A stretch of DNA of 64,000 nt from a virus (Duplodnaviria > Caudoviricetes): IMG/VR virus record IMGVR_UViG_3300032116_022045; one strand, given 5' to 3'. The notes under the pieces were generated by a model. The model had not been told where the DNA came from and ran no database searches. It saw only the letters and a program-made list of their open reading frames with translations. Below are positions 29,430 through 39,513 of this stretch, in pieces; position 1 is the stretch's first letter, and every line of letters begins with the position of its first letter. Position numbers and translations under genes: made by a program.

Positions 29430-30158
29430 ATGAATGTTACTAATTGCGTAAGAGGTGATGGCTTTGGTGCACAATATCAAAACATAATATGGGCTATTAT
29501 ATATGCCGAACAACATAATTATAATTTTTATTATACTCCGTTTAGTTCTATGGAACATAATTATGAAAACAACTCTGAATTTTTAGATAAAAAAGAAAAA
29601 TTAATAAACATCATAAATAATTTCCCAATAGTTTCAGAACTACCACCAAACACAAATGTTAAACAACTTTGTGGTGGTTTAGACGGTGTTAATTTTAATG
29701 AGATAGAAAATAATTTAACTAATTCGTTTAGTTTTTCGTCATTTAAAAAAATAAAAAAATGTCTACACGCAAATAAAACATCAATGTTTGATAATAATTT
29801 AATAAATGTTGCGGTGCATGTTAGAAAACAAAATAATCATGATAATCACACATTAGGTATATGTGGTGATGATTATTTTTTAGATGTAATGAATCATATA
29901 AGAAACACACATAATGGTGAAAAGATTTTTCATATTTACTCACAAGGTGAAGAAAAAGATTTTTTACACTTTAAAAATGATGATGTTGTATTTCATTTAA
30001 ATGAACCAATTGAAGAAACTTTTTACTCGATGGTTACAGCTCAAATTTTAGTGATGTCTAAAAGTTCTTTGAGTTATACAGCTGGAATGTTAAGCGATGG
30101 TATTGTTTATTATTTACCATTTTGGCATAAACCAGCATCAACATGGATAATAAAATAA
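29430..30158 (+). CDS. GT11/GT23-like (fucosyltransferase-type) glycosyltransferase
   Basis: DGFGAQY, VAVHVRK, SKSSLSY resemble the GNQ, HVRRGD and NSTFSW motifs. Confidence 0.65.
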   Translation: MNVTNCVRGDGFGAQYQNIIWAIIYAEQHNYNFYYTPFSSMEHNYENNSEFLDKKEKLINIINNFPIVSELPPNTNVKQLCGGLDGVNFNEIENNLTNSFSFSSFKKIKKCLHANKTSMFDNNLINVAVHVRKQNNHDNHTLGICGDDYFLDVMNHIRNTHNGEKIFHIYSQGEEKDFLHFKNDDVVFHLNEPIEETFYSMVTAQILVMSKSSLSYTAGMLSDGIVYYLPFWHKPASTWIIK

Positions 30159-30172
30159 AATAAAAAAAAAAA

Positions 30173-30709
30173 ATGGAAGAAAAATTTTTAAGTATTATAG
30201 CAGAAGGTAATGAACTAGAAGCACATAAAAAATATTCATCAACATGTAAAGACGTGATTGTAGAAATAGGTGTATTATTTGGTCAAACGACAAAAGTAAT
30301 ATTAGAAAACACTACAGCTAAAGTTTATGGTATAGACCCAATCATCCCAGACTCAATGAATAGCGCTTTAATTGGTGATGTACATAAAATAAAAGAATTG
30401 GAAACTATTCACCCTAATTTTATATTTATAAAAGATTATAGCTTTAATGTTGTTAAAAATTGGGATAAAAAAATTGATTATATTTTTATAGATGGTGACC
30501 ACACATATAATGCGGTAAAACAAGATTTTGAAGATTGGTACCCACATGTTAAATCTGGTGGTATAATTTCAATACATGATTCATCCGCTAATAGACGTGG
30601 ACCATCATTTTGGCCTGGACCATCAAAATTAGCTGATGAATTAATAAAGGATGATAGGTTAGAATACATTGAAACATTAACAGCATTAACAATTTTTAAA
30701 AAGAAATAA
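30173..30709 (+). CDS. Class I SAM methyltransferase (Methyltransf_24-like)
   Basis: VEIGVLFG, YGIDP, FIDGDHTY, HVKSGGIISIHD. Confidence 0.85.
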   Translation: MEEKFLSIIAEGNELEAHKKYSSTCKDVIVEIGVLFGQTTKVILENTTAKVYGIDPIIPDSMNSALIGDVHKIKELETIHPNFIFIKDYSFNVVKNWDKKIDYIFIDGDHTYNAVKQDFEDWYPHVKSGGIISIHDSSANRRGPSFWPGPSKLADELIKDDRLEYIETLTALTIFKKK

Positions 30710-30710
30710 T

Positions 30711-31742
30711 ATGAAAAAAATACTAATATTAGGCGGTGGTGGTTTTATAGGTGGTCACTTAGCCAAAAAATTAAAATCTCAAGGTAATTGGGTTAGAGTC
30801 GTTGATTTAAAAGAACACGAATACTTTACTAAAGAAGAAATATCAGATGAGTTCATTGTTGGTGATTTAAGAGACCCAATGCTTGTTTCTAGAGTTATGT
30901 TCGCACCTAACCAAATTAGTTTAGATGATAAAATTAATTCATTCGATGAAGTTTATCAATTGGCTGCTGATATGGGTGGTGCTGGTTATATTTTTACTGG
31001 TGAACATGATGCTGATGTAATGCATAACTCAGCTTTAGTTAATTTAAACGTTGCTAAAGAAGCAACACGTATGAGTGTTAAAAAATTATTTTATTCATCC
31101 TCTGCTTGTATGTACCCAGAACATAATCAATTAGACCCTAACAATCCAAATTGTGAAGAATCTTCAGCCTATCCAGCTAATCCAGATTCTGAATATGGTT
31201 GGGAAAAATTGTTTAGCGAAAGACTTTATTTATCATTTATGCGTAATTATGGTTTAAATGTTAAAATAGCGAGATTTCACAATATATTTGGTCCACAAGG
31301 TACTTGGAAAGGCGGTAAAGAAAAAGCACCAGCAGCTATGTGTAGAAAAGCGGCTGAAACACCAGATGGAGGTATTTTAGAAGTATGGGGTGATGGTTTA
31401 CAAACACGTTCATTTCTTTATATTGATGAATGTGTTGAAGCTATTTTAAGACTTATGAATAGCGATTTTAGTGGACCAGTTAATATAGGGTCTGAAGAAA
31501 TGATAACCATAAATCAATTAGCGCAAATGGCCATTGATTTAAGTGGTAAAAATATTAAAATAAAAAACATTTATGATGATGAATTTATGATTAAGTATGG
31601 TCATAAATGTCCAACTGGTGTTAAAGGTAGAAATTCAGATAATAAATTATACCAAGAAAAAATCGGGTGGGTTGTTAACCAACCATTAAAAAACGGTATG
31701 ATTAAAACATTTGAATGGATTAACGAAAAAGTAAAAAAATAA
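30711..31742 (+). CDS. NAD-dependent epimerase, GDP-mannose 3,5-epimerase-like
   Basis: GGGGFIG, LAADMGG, YSSSACMYP, YGWEK, GGKEKAPAAMCRK (two conserved Cys and Lys typical of GME). Confidence 0.85.
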   Translation: MKKILILGGGGFIGGHLAKKLKSQGNWVRVVDLKEHEYFTKEEISDEFIVGDLRDPMLVSRVMFAPNQISLDDKINSFDEVYQLAADMGGAGYIFTGEHDADVMHNSALVNLNVAKEATRMSVKKLFYSSSACMYPEHNQLDPNNPNCEESSAYPANPDSEYGWEKLFSERLYLSFMRNYGLNVKIARFHNIFGPQGTWKGGKEKAPAAMCRKAAETPDGGILEVWGDGLQTRSFLYIDECVEAILRLMNSDFSGPVNIGSEEMITINQLAQMAIDLSGKNIKIKNIYDDEFMIKYGHKCPTGVKGRNSDNKLYQEKIGWVVNQPLKNGMIKTFEWINEKVKK

Positions 31743-31745
31743 ATA

Positions 31746-32345
31746 ATGGATTATAAAGGACATATAGGGAATTATATAGTACCAGATGATACAAAAAACG
31801 GTATTTGTGTAGATATTGGTGCTAATTATGGTAATTTTATTGAAAAATATAATAATCATTTTAAAGAGATTCATTACGTAGAAGCGTTAAAGCATGTTTA
31901 TGACTCTATTAACGAAAAATTTAAAAACCATACAAATGTTTTTGGTAATAATAGGGCTGCTTGGTCAAAAAGTAATATAAAATTAAAAATGGTTTCACAT
32001 ATTAATAATGATGCTGGGTCTGCTGGTATACAAGGTGAATTCATAAATGATGATTGGACTAATAACATATTAAATGAAGTATTTTCAATATCAATTGAAG
32101 AACTAGTTGATAAATTAGGTAAAATAGATTATTTAAAAATAGATTGTGAAACTTCTGAATATCCATTTTTATTCGAAAAAGACTTAAATAATTTTAAATA
32201 TATTGCTATTGAATTACATCATCAAATGGGTATTGTTAGATACAATAATTTAATTGATTGGATTAAAAAAACACATAATTTAATTCATGGTGATGATACA
32301 TATAAATTTGATACGAACAAAGAAGTTTTATATATGTTAAAATAA
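31746..32345 (+). CDS. FkbM-family methyltransferase
   Basis: VDIGANYG, YVEA, YLKIDCETSE. Confidence 0.85.
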   Translation: MDYKGHIGNYIVPDDTKNGICVDIGANYGNFIEKYNNHFKEIHYVEALKHVYDSINEKFKNHTNVFGNNRAAWSKSNIKLKMVSHINNDAGSAGIQGEFINDDWTNNILNEVFSISIEELVDKLGKIDYLKIDCETSEYPFLFEKDLNNFKYIAIELHHQMGIVRYNNLIDWIKKTHNLIHGDDTYKFDTNKEVLYMLK

Positions 32346-32404
32346 TTTAAAATTAATTTTTGTTTATTGCAAAAAAAAAGATATTTATGTAATAAAGAGA
32401 TTAC

Positions 32405-33235
32405 ATGGCAAAAAAAACGCAAACAACCAGAAGCAAAAAACAAACAACAACTTATGCTGATTTTAACCAAGACTTAGAAACAAAATCAAAACCTAATTTT
32501 AAATTAGATATAAAATATAAAAACGAAACACAAAAAAGATTAACAGAATCAATACATAAAAATGACTTAACAATATGTAGTGGCCCTCCTGGTTCTGGAA
32601 AAACATTCTTAGCTTGTTACCAAGCTTTACATGAATTAAAACATAATAAATTTATTGATAAAATAGTACTGGTTAAATCAGTAACAACCTTAAAAGATGA
32701 AGAAATCGGATTCTTAAAAGGTACAATGGAAGAGAAAATGGAACCATTTATCTATTCATTCGTAAAAAACTTTGAAAAAATTATAGGTAGAGATATAACA
32801 AATTATCTTATGGAAGATAAAATAATAGAAGTTATACCAATAGCCTATATGAGAGGTATTAATATTGATAACGCTGTTGTTATTATTGATGAATGTCAAA
32901 ATATAACAATAGAAAACATTAGAACAATCCTATCAAGAATAGGTGAAAATAGTAAAATGGTTTTACTTGGTGATTTAAAACAAATAGACCAAAAAAATAA
33001 ATCAAATACAGCACTTAAATTCTTAGTAGAAAATTTTTATGCGGTTGATTATGTAGGTGTAATAGAATTTACATTAGATGATATCGTTAGACATCCATTA
33101 ATTAAAGTTATTGAACCAATATTCGATATGGAAATGGAAAGACAAAACGAAGTTAGAAAAACAAAACCAGTAAAAATAAACCCAATAAAAGAAGAAAAAT
33201 CTTTTTTTAGTAAAATATTTAATTTCTTTAATTAA
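32405..33235 (+). CDS. phoH: PhoH-like ATPase
   Basis: GPPGSGKT, YMRG, IDECQN, LSRIGENSK, GDLKQID, DIVRHPL. Confidence 0.95.
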   Translation: MAKKTQTTRSKKQTTTYADFNQDLETKSKPNFKLDIKYKNETQKRLTESIHKNDLTICSGPPGSGKTFLACYQALHELKHNKFIDKIVLVKSVTTLKDEEIGFLKGTMEEKMEPFIYSFVKNFEKIIGRDITNYLMEDKIIEVIPIAYMRGINIDNAVVIIDECQNITIENIRTILSRIGENSKMVLLGDLKQIDQKNKSNTALKFLVENFYAVDYVGVIEFTLDDIVRHPLIKVIEPIFDMEMERQNEVRKTKPVKINPIKEEKSFFSKIFNFFN

Positions 33236-33300
33236 TATTATTTTTTTCATTTACTTAATAATATAAATAATTAAAATTGTTTATATAATTAATGTATTAA

Positions 33301-33912
33301 ATGGCTAAAATTAATATTAGTTTAAATGAAGTCTTAAGAGATTTTATCGGTCAATTCAACTATACTTATGATAAGTATATTGAAAAAAAAGAATTAAAAG
33401 AAAATGAAATAACAAGCTTTAATTTGTTAGACCATTATAAATTTAAATCAATAGATGATTTAAATAGTTTTTTATATTCTGAAGCATCATTAGAAATTTT
33501 TGGACATGCTGACCAAAAAATAGATGGACTTATCGGAAAATTTAACACTTTTTTAATGGATATTGAAGATGATGAAGAACATCAAATAAAATTAGTTAGT
33601 AAAGAATTTAATAAATCAATCCCAGCAACTTTTTTCTTTTTATCCAAAACTGGTTGTAGAGCTAAAAATATAGAATTTGTTAATAATGATAATGATGAAT
33701 GGTTAAATGCTGATGTTCTAATAACAGCTAACCCAAACGCATTATTAAATAAACCAGAAAATAAAATCAGTGTAAAAGTTAAAACATCATATAATACAGA
33801 TGTTTCAGCCGATTATGAAATTGATTCTATTCTAGATTTTATGAATAATCCAGAGTTAAGAAATAAAATTTTAACAATTATAACAACAATAACATACGAA
33901 GAAATTAACTAA
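33301..33912 (+). CDS. HAD/5'-deoxynucleotidase-like protein with degenerate motif I
   Basis: INISLNEVLRD in place of xDxDGVL; C-terminal DVLITANP and SYN...ADYEI. Confidence 0.5.
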   Translation: MAKINISLNEVLRDFIGQFNYTYDKYIEKKELKENEITSFNLLDHYKFKSIDDLNSFLYSEASLEIFGHADQKIDGLIGKFNTFLMDIEDDEEHQIKLVSKEFNKSIPATFFFLSKTGCRAKNIEFVNNDNDEWLNADVLITANPNALLNKPENKISVKVKTSYNTDVSADYEIDSILDFMNNPELRNKILTIITTITYEEIN

Positions 33913-33917
33913 AAATT

Positions 33918-34277
33918 ATGATACAATTCGGAGAAACAATTTTTTACATTGATGTTGAAGCTTTTAGAAACTGTATTTTATCAGAAGACTCTAAAAATAT
34001 TGGCAAAAACACGTCAACTGAAATAACAAAGCATCATGACCACAATGGTGGATTATTATCTTGGGATGAAAGAATTATTCAAACAGAAAAAGATGTTGAA
34101 TTAGATTCTTCTAAATATGATTTAATGTCAAGAATGATTGACGTTGTTTTAACATATGACTCAGAAGATTTAGACACAAGTTTAGGTTATGAAAGAGCTT
34201 TAGATAAAGCGTCATTACCATTTAAAATCGCCTTTAACACATTGTTAAATTATGGTATAATCAAAGAAAAAGAATAA
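33918..34277 (+). CDS. Hypothetical protein
   Basis: 119-aa ORF in the operon. Confidence 0.6.
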   Translation: MIQFGETIFYIDVEAFRNCILSEDSKNIGKNTSTEITKHHDHNGGLLSWDERIIQTEKDVELDSSKYDLMSRMIDVVLTYDSEDLDTSLGYERALDKASLPFKIAFNTLLNYGIIKEKE

Positions 34278-34307
34278 CAAAAAATAAATTATTTTCAATA
34301 AAAAAAT

Positions 34308-35474
34308 ATGGAAACAATCAAACAATTAGAAAATCAAATAACACAAGCAAATGAAGTTATTGATAGATTAAATAACAAAGACTTCAATTTTTATTTCTTT
34401 ACCTTAGATACAAAAGGTACACCAACAGCAGGTATTGCAAATATCTATGAACATGTTAAACTTCTTAATAACTTAGGTATTAAAGCACATATCTTACATG
34501 AAAAAAATGATTATAAATTAATTGGAGATGAAAACGGTATGGGTATTTCAGATTGGCTTGGTGAAGAATATGCTAAATTATCACATATTTCAATCGAAAG
34601 CCAACAATTAAACATCACACCAGCTGATTTTATTGTTATTCCTGAAATATTTTCAAATATTATGGAACAAGTTAAAACATTCCCATGTAAGAAAATTGTT
34701 CTATGCCAAAATTATGATTATTTGTTAGAATTACTACCAATTGCAAAAAGATGGAATACTGATTATAATTTTAATGATGTTATCACCACTACAACTAAAC
34801 AAGCAATTTACGTTAGTAATTTGTTCCCTTCTATTAGAACACATGTAGTACCAGTTTCAATCCCTAAATACTTCCAACCAAATGAAAAACCAAAAATTCC
34901 TATGGTTGCTATGTTAACTAGAAATCAAACTGATGCTATTAAAATTGCAAAATCATTCTATCTACAATACCCAATGTATAAATGGATTACATTTAAAGAT
35001 ATGAGAGGATTGTCTAGAGAAATGTTTGCTAAAGAATTGGCTAAATGTTGTTTGGCTGTATGGATTGATGACCCATCTGGATTTGGTACTTTCCCATTAG
35101 AAGCATTTGAATGTAATACACCTGTTATCGGCAAAATACCAAATATGGTGCCAGAATGGATGGAAAAAACAGATGAAGAAAATAATACATTCATTAGAAA
35201 TAATGGTGTTTGGACAAACACTACATTAAATATCCCTGAATTAATTGCAACGTATATTAAAGTATGGTTGGAAGATTCAGTACCATCAGATTTGTTAAAT
35301 GGTATGGAAGAATCAAAAGGACAATATACCGAAGAAAAACAAGCAAATGCTTTATCTGAAGTATATGATGGAATCATTAAAAATAGAGTAATTGAGTTAT
35401 CTGCACTTAGAGATAAGTTAGCTTCTGACTTAGTTAATGTTAACACAGAATTACAAAACGTTAATAAACAATAA
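34308..35474 (+). CDS. GT-B glycosyltransferase
   Basis: AGIANIYEHVKLL, IVIPEIF, GFGTFPLEAFECNTPVIG. Confidence 0.75.
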   Translation: METIKQLENQITQANEVIDRLNNKDFNFYFFTLDTKGTPTAGIANIYEHVKLLNNLGIKAHILHEKNDYKLIGDENGMGISDWLGEEYAKLSHISIESQQLNITPADFIVIPEIFSNIMEQVKTFPCKKIVLCQNYDYLLELLPIAKRWNTDYNFNDVITTTTKQAIYVSNLFPSIRTHVVPVSIPKYFQPNEKPKIPMVAMLTRNQTDAIKIAKSFYLQYPMYKWITFKDMRGLSREMFAKELAKCCLAVWIDDPSGFGTFPLEAFECNTPVIGKIPNMVPEWMEKTDEENNTFIRNNGVWTNTTLNIPELIATYIKVWLEDSVPSDLLNGMEESKGQYTEEKQANALSEVYDGIIKNRVIELSALRDKLASDLVNVNTELQNVNKQ

Positions 35475-35497
35475 CAATTATTTAAACATAAAAAAAT

Positions 35498-36283
35498 ATG
35501 AATAATATCACAGTAATATTACCTGTACACGAACTAAATGATGAAACAAAACAATTGTTTAGCATTTCAGTAGAAAGTGTAAAACAACAAATAGTTAGAC
35601 CTGATTATCTTCTAATCGTAACACCAAAAGGAACAGAAACATCAAAATATTTAAAATCATTTGATTATGGTGATTTTAAAGATTCAGTAACAGTTTTAGA
35701 AAATGATGGTGAAACAGACTTCTCAAGTCAAATTAACTTTGCAGTTAAAAATGCTAAAACAGATTGGGTTAGTTTTCTAGAATTTGATGATGAATACTCA
35801 AACATTTGGTTTAAAAATGTAATTGAATACAGAGAAAAACATTCTGATGTTGAAATCTTTATGCCAATTGTAATTGATGTTAATTCAAATGGTGAATTTA
35901 TTGGCTTTACTAACGAAGCTGTTTGGGCACAAAGCTTTTCTGATGAGTTAGGTATCTTAGATAATAATGCACTTTTAGCATATCAAAATTTTAATATTGA
36001 TGGTGTTGTAATGAAAAAATCTTTGTTTGATTCATTTGGTGGTTTTAAATCAAATATTAAATTGACGTTTATCTATGAATTCTTGCTCAGGATGACGTTT
36101 AAAGCTGTTAAGACTATGGTAATACCAAAATTTGGTTACAAGCACGTAAATCAAAGAGAAGGGTCTTTATTCGCATCCTATAAAGAAACTATCGACCCAG
36201 TTGAAGCAAGATGGTGGTTGGCACAAGCGAAAAAAGAATATTACTTTACAAAAGACAGAGAAATAACATATCAAGAAAAATAA
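35498..36283 (+). CDS. GT2-like glycosyltransferase
   Basis: VILPVHE, SQINFAV, FLEFDDEY. Confidence 0.75.
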   Translation: MNNITVILPVHELNDETKQLFSISVESVKQQIVRPDYLLIVTPKGTETSKYLKSFDYGDFKDSVTVLENDGETDFSSQINFAVKNAKTDWVSFLEFDDEYSNIWFKNVIEYREKHSDVEIFMPIVIDVNSNGEFIGFTNEAVWAQSFSDELGILDNNALLAYQNFNIDGVVMKKSLFDSFGGFKSNIKLTFIYEFLLRMTFKAVKTMVIPKFGYKHVNQREGSLFASYKETIDPVEARWWLAQAKKEYYFTKDREITYQEK

Positions 36284-36290
36284 TGAAATA

Positions 36291-37022
36291 ATGGCAAATA
36301 AAAGAGGACGCAAAAGAAATAATGATATCTATTTTGGTCCAAATGAAGAACAGGCCGTTATTAAATTTCTTGAATCAACAGACGAAACAGAAAGGAATCT
36401 AATTTTTAATGAGTGGTTGAATAAACCACTCAATAAAATGATAGAATCGATAATTAGAAGGTACAAATTATACAGAAAAAATGAAACATTCGAAGAATTA
36501 CATAATGACACGGTTTCATTTTTAATGACAAAAGTACATAAGTTCGAAAGTGGAAGGGGTAAAAAAGCTTATTCTTACTTTGGTACAATTAGTAAAAATT
36601 ATATTTTAGGTTTATTAATCAAAGATGAAAAAAACCTTAAACAAACATATTCATATGAAGACATATCTGATGCCGATGAAATAGAAGAAAGGCAAACGTT
36701 AACTTATGAAATGGATATAGATAATTATTCAATGGATGATTTTATTAATTCTATAGTAGATAAACTAAAAGAAGAATTAAAAAATCCTAAAACAGGTAAA
36801 AAAAATCTAAATGAAAATGAAAAAAAAGTCTGTATCGCATTAATTGATATGCTTGAAAATTGGGAAACAGCATTTCAAACATTAGATGGTGGGTCAAAAT
36901 ATAATAAAAACTCAGTTCTAGAAACAATGAGAAATTATACAAACCTATCAACAAAAGACATAAGATTAGCAATGAAAAGATTTAAAAAAATTTATGATGT
37001 GTTAAAACAAAAATCTTTATAG
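36291..37022 (+). CDS. Phage sigma factor (gp55-like late sigma)
   Basis: Region-2-like KFESGRGKKAYSYFGTISKNY; sits just before late structural genes. Confidence 0.7.
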   Translation: MANKRGRKRNNDIYFGPNEEQAVIKFLESTDETERNLIFNEWLNKPLNKMIESIIRRYKLYRKNETFEELHNDTVSFLMTKVHKFESGRGKKAYSYFGTISKNYILGLLIKDEKNLKQTYSYEDISDADEIEERQTLTYEMDIDNYSMDDFINSIVDKLKEELKNPKTGKKNLNENEKKVCIALIDMLENWETAFQTLDGGSKYNKNSVLETMRNYTNLSTKDIRLAMKRFKKIYDVLKQKSL

Positions 37023-37041
37023 TTTTTTTTAATAAAAATAG

Positions 37042-37058
37042 ATATTTATATATTTATA
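37042..37058 (+). promoter_or_regulatory. Tandem late-promoter candidates ATATTTATA x2
   Basis: 37042-37050 and 37050-37058, upstream of ATG 37071. Confidence 0.6.
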
Positions 37059-37070
37059 AAAAAAAAGATT

Positions 37071-37460
37071 ATGTCAAGAAAAAAAGGTACCGATGTAAAA
37101 GTTAATAATAATGATTCTCTTGAAGGTTTGATGCAAGAAACATATAATGACGCTTGCTTACAAATAAATGAGGCTCAAAGAACCATTAACGAATTAGTTG
37201 TTTCTTTAGTACCAACTGATATAGATGATGCTACAAAAATAGCAAAAGAAAAAGCTGGTTTATTAAAAGTTAAAGACTCTGCAATAAGGATTAAATTAGA
37301 ATTAGCTAAACTACAAGCTGATATAATTAAACATCGTAGTGATGAAACTGAAAATAATTCAGAAAAAACAAGTGCATCAGCTTCTCTAAAGGACTTTAAG
37401 AAAATTAGAGATATGCTTAAGAACGATAAAAAAGAAGAAGAAATTGATAACGAAGATTAA
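37071..37460 (+). CDS. Helical hypothetical protein (possible terminase small subunit)
   Basis: 129 aa, coiled-coil-like; assignment inferred only from size and composition. Confidence 0.3.
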   Translation: MSRKKGTDVKVNNNDSLEGLMQETYNDACLQINEAQRTINELVVSLVPTDIDDATKIAKEKAGLLKVKDSAIRIKLELAKLQADIIKHRSDETENNSEKTSASASLKDFKKIRDMLKNDKKEEEIDNED

Positions 37461-38881
37461 TGTCATTAATAGACAAAAAGAAAAAAGTTTTTGGTAAGAT
37501 AGCCGCTGCTAGAACTTTAACAGAAGGATTACCTAAGTTAAAGCTAACATCTTCTATGCCATCTATAAATAATAGAACAAATTCTATAGAGTTTCTTAGT
37601 GACTTAACAAAATCATTAGTAGGTTATGAAGCATTAGTAAGTAATGTTGTAGATACAATAACCTATTCTATGGATAAAATAGAAAATGAGCTAAAAAAGG
37701 CCTTAAAAGATGAATTAAAATCTATCGTTAATTGTGGAACAAACCCAAGTTCACCATCATGGTTAAAATCAAATGGTAATGGTATAATTATTGAGGTTAG
37801 AAAATTAGATTTTTTTGAAGTTCTTAAAATAGACCCAGCATCTCAAGCTGGTAGATTAATTTATACTGATGTTACACCAAATTATACTAATAGTACAGAC
37901 TTTAATACTTTCTTATACGGTGTTATACAAAATGATGGTACTACATATACATGGCAAAACCTTTATGATATAACATTTAATTCATTGGGTTCTGGTAATA
38001 GACCAAATAACGCATTAACAATAAAATTAAATCAAGCTTCAGATAATAAACCTATCACAGAAGTAAATAACTCGTTTATAGACTCATCAAATATAGTTAA
38101 GGGTGATATAGTATTAAATCAAACAATGGACATACTATACGGCTCTATTTCATCAAATGTTAGCAAAAGTATTAAGCAGTTAGAAAGAGAAGAAAAGATT
38201 AATTCAATCGTTGATAAACTTATTAATAATGAATATGAAAATGTTATAAGTGATGATTATTTTGTTTTTTCAAATGATGAAATTAACCAACAACAATCAG
38301 CATCAACTAATAGAAGAAAAGGAATTAGATATATTCAAACATCTAATCAAGAACAAGCATCAGTTTCAATAGATGCTTTAACAACTTTTAGTCAAGAATA
38401 CTCTGGTGCAACAAGTACTGAACAAAGAAAAAACGCTATTACTGTTAATCTTAATAGAATGGCTGACGAAACAACAATTAATAACACAAATGAAACAGAT
38501 AAACAAACAATAAAATTAAATTTTATTCAGTTAATTATTAATACACTGATAAAATCAATTGTTAATATTTTTTTAACACCTAAAAATATATTTTTATTTA
38601 TTATTAATTTTAGTATAATATACGGACAAACTAATAATAGTTTTAATGATAGCGTTGATTTTATGAAAAAAAATAAAAATCTTTTTAGTGTTATCATAAA
38701 AAAAATATCTGGTATTATTATAGGCTTATTATTAGCACTTGTACTTAAAAGAATAAGTCAACTTGTTGCTGAATCAATAGCAAAAAAACAAAAGGAAAAA
38801 GCAACATTAAAATTGGCTCAATTACAATCTTTAGTTGGAATACCAATTAGTAAAATAAAAAATTTAATAGATACATTATAA
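37460..38881 (+). CDS. Hypothetical virion/baseplate-associated protein
   Basis: 473 aa; late operon upstream of the gp5-like gene. Confidence 0.5.
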   Translation: MSLIDKKKKVFGKIAAARTLTEGLPKLKLTSSMPSINNRTNSIEFLSDLTKSLVGYEALVSNVVDTITYSMDKIENELKKALKDELKSIVNCGTNPSSPSWLKSNGNGIIIEVRKLDFFEVLKIDPASQAGRLIYTDVTPNYTNSTDFNTFLYGVIQNDGTTYTWQNLYDITFNSLGSGNRPNNALTIKLNQASDNKPITEVNNSFIDSSNIVKGDIVLNQTMDILYGSISSNVSKSIKQLEREEKINSIVDKLINNEYENVISDDYFVFSNDEINQQQSASTNRRKGIRYIQTSNQEQASVSIDALTTFSQEYSGATSTEQRKNAITVNLNRMADETTINNTNETDKQTIKLNFIQLIINTLIKSIVNIFLTPKNIFLFIINFSIIYGQTNNSFNDSVDFMKKNKNLFSVIIKKISGIIIGLLLALVLKRISQLVAESIAKKQKEKATLKLAQLQSLVGIPISKIKNLIDTL

Positions 38882-39315
38882 TGGCAAACGAAAAACCAAT
38901 ACCAGATTCAGGTATCAATTTAAATTCTATTAATGGTATAATAAATGTTATATCAGCAGCATTTTCAGTGCCTGAACCACCAATAGAACCATTACCACCA
39001 CAATTAGTTATGGTAGGTGCTAAACTAAGACCTGGATTGTCAGCACAAGGTATTGCTGCTGATATTATAAGTAAACAATCAAACGCTGGTAGACCTGTTG
39101 GTGATGTTTTTGCTGATGGCCCTAATGTTGAAGAAGCAATGGAATTAATAAGAGTTCAAGAAATTGTTAATTATTTATTGACAAATGCTAAAATAGAAGT
39201 TGTTTTACCACCAGGAATACAAGTTGTTTCAGTTGGTGTTGGTAATTTAGGTGCGCCAGTTATATCTTTCGGTTCAACAACAACTATGGGTATAGCAGAT
39301 GGCGTTATAAGATAA
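38881..39315 (+). CDS. Hypothetical structural protein
   Basis: 144 aa; Pro/Gly/Val-rich C-terminus. Confidence 0.5.
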   Translation: MANEKPIPDSGINLNSINGIINVISAAFSVPEPPIEPLPPQLVMVGAKLRPGLSAQGIAADIISKQSNAGRPVGDVFADGPNVEEAMELIRVQEIVNYLLTNAKIEVVLPPGIQVVSVGVGNLGAPVISFGSTTTMGIADGVIR

Positions 39316-39333
39316 TACTAATATAATATTTTT

Positions 39334-39513
39334 ATGGAAAATTTAGAAGATTTAACAAATAACGAGATATTGTTCAAAATTAAACAGATGGAAGCCGATT
39401 ATGAGGCAGTAAAATTAAAAATGCTTCAAGATTATGATAAAATGGTTGATATTGAAAAACAATATGAAAAAGCAAATCTTATCTTATTAAAAAGATTGAA
39501 GGGAGATAAATAA
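39334..39513 (+). CDS. Small coiled-coil hypothetical protein (59 aa; not in the ORF track)
   Basis: MENLEDLTNNEILFKIKQMEADY...KRLKGDK; TAATG coupling with the next gene. Confidence 0.7.
   Translation: MENLEDLTNNEILFKIKQMEADYEAVKLKMLQDYDKMVDIEKQYEKANLILLKRLKGDK

Noticed and set aside
14871-36283. Known DNA hypermodification pathway (hmC-glucosylation, 7-deazaguanine, dZ)
   Set aside because: No hydroxymethylase, DpdA/Que or PurZ genes in this window; DNA modification remains only one of several possibilities.
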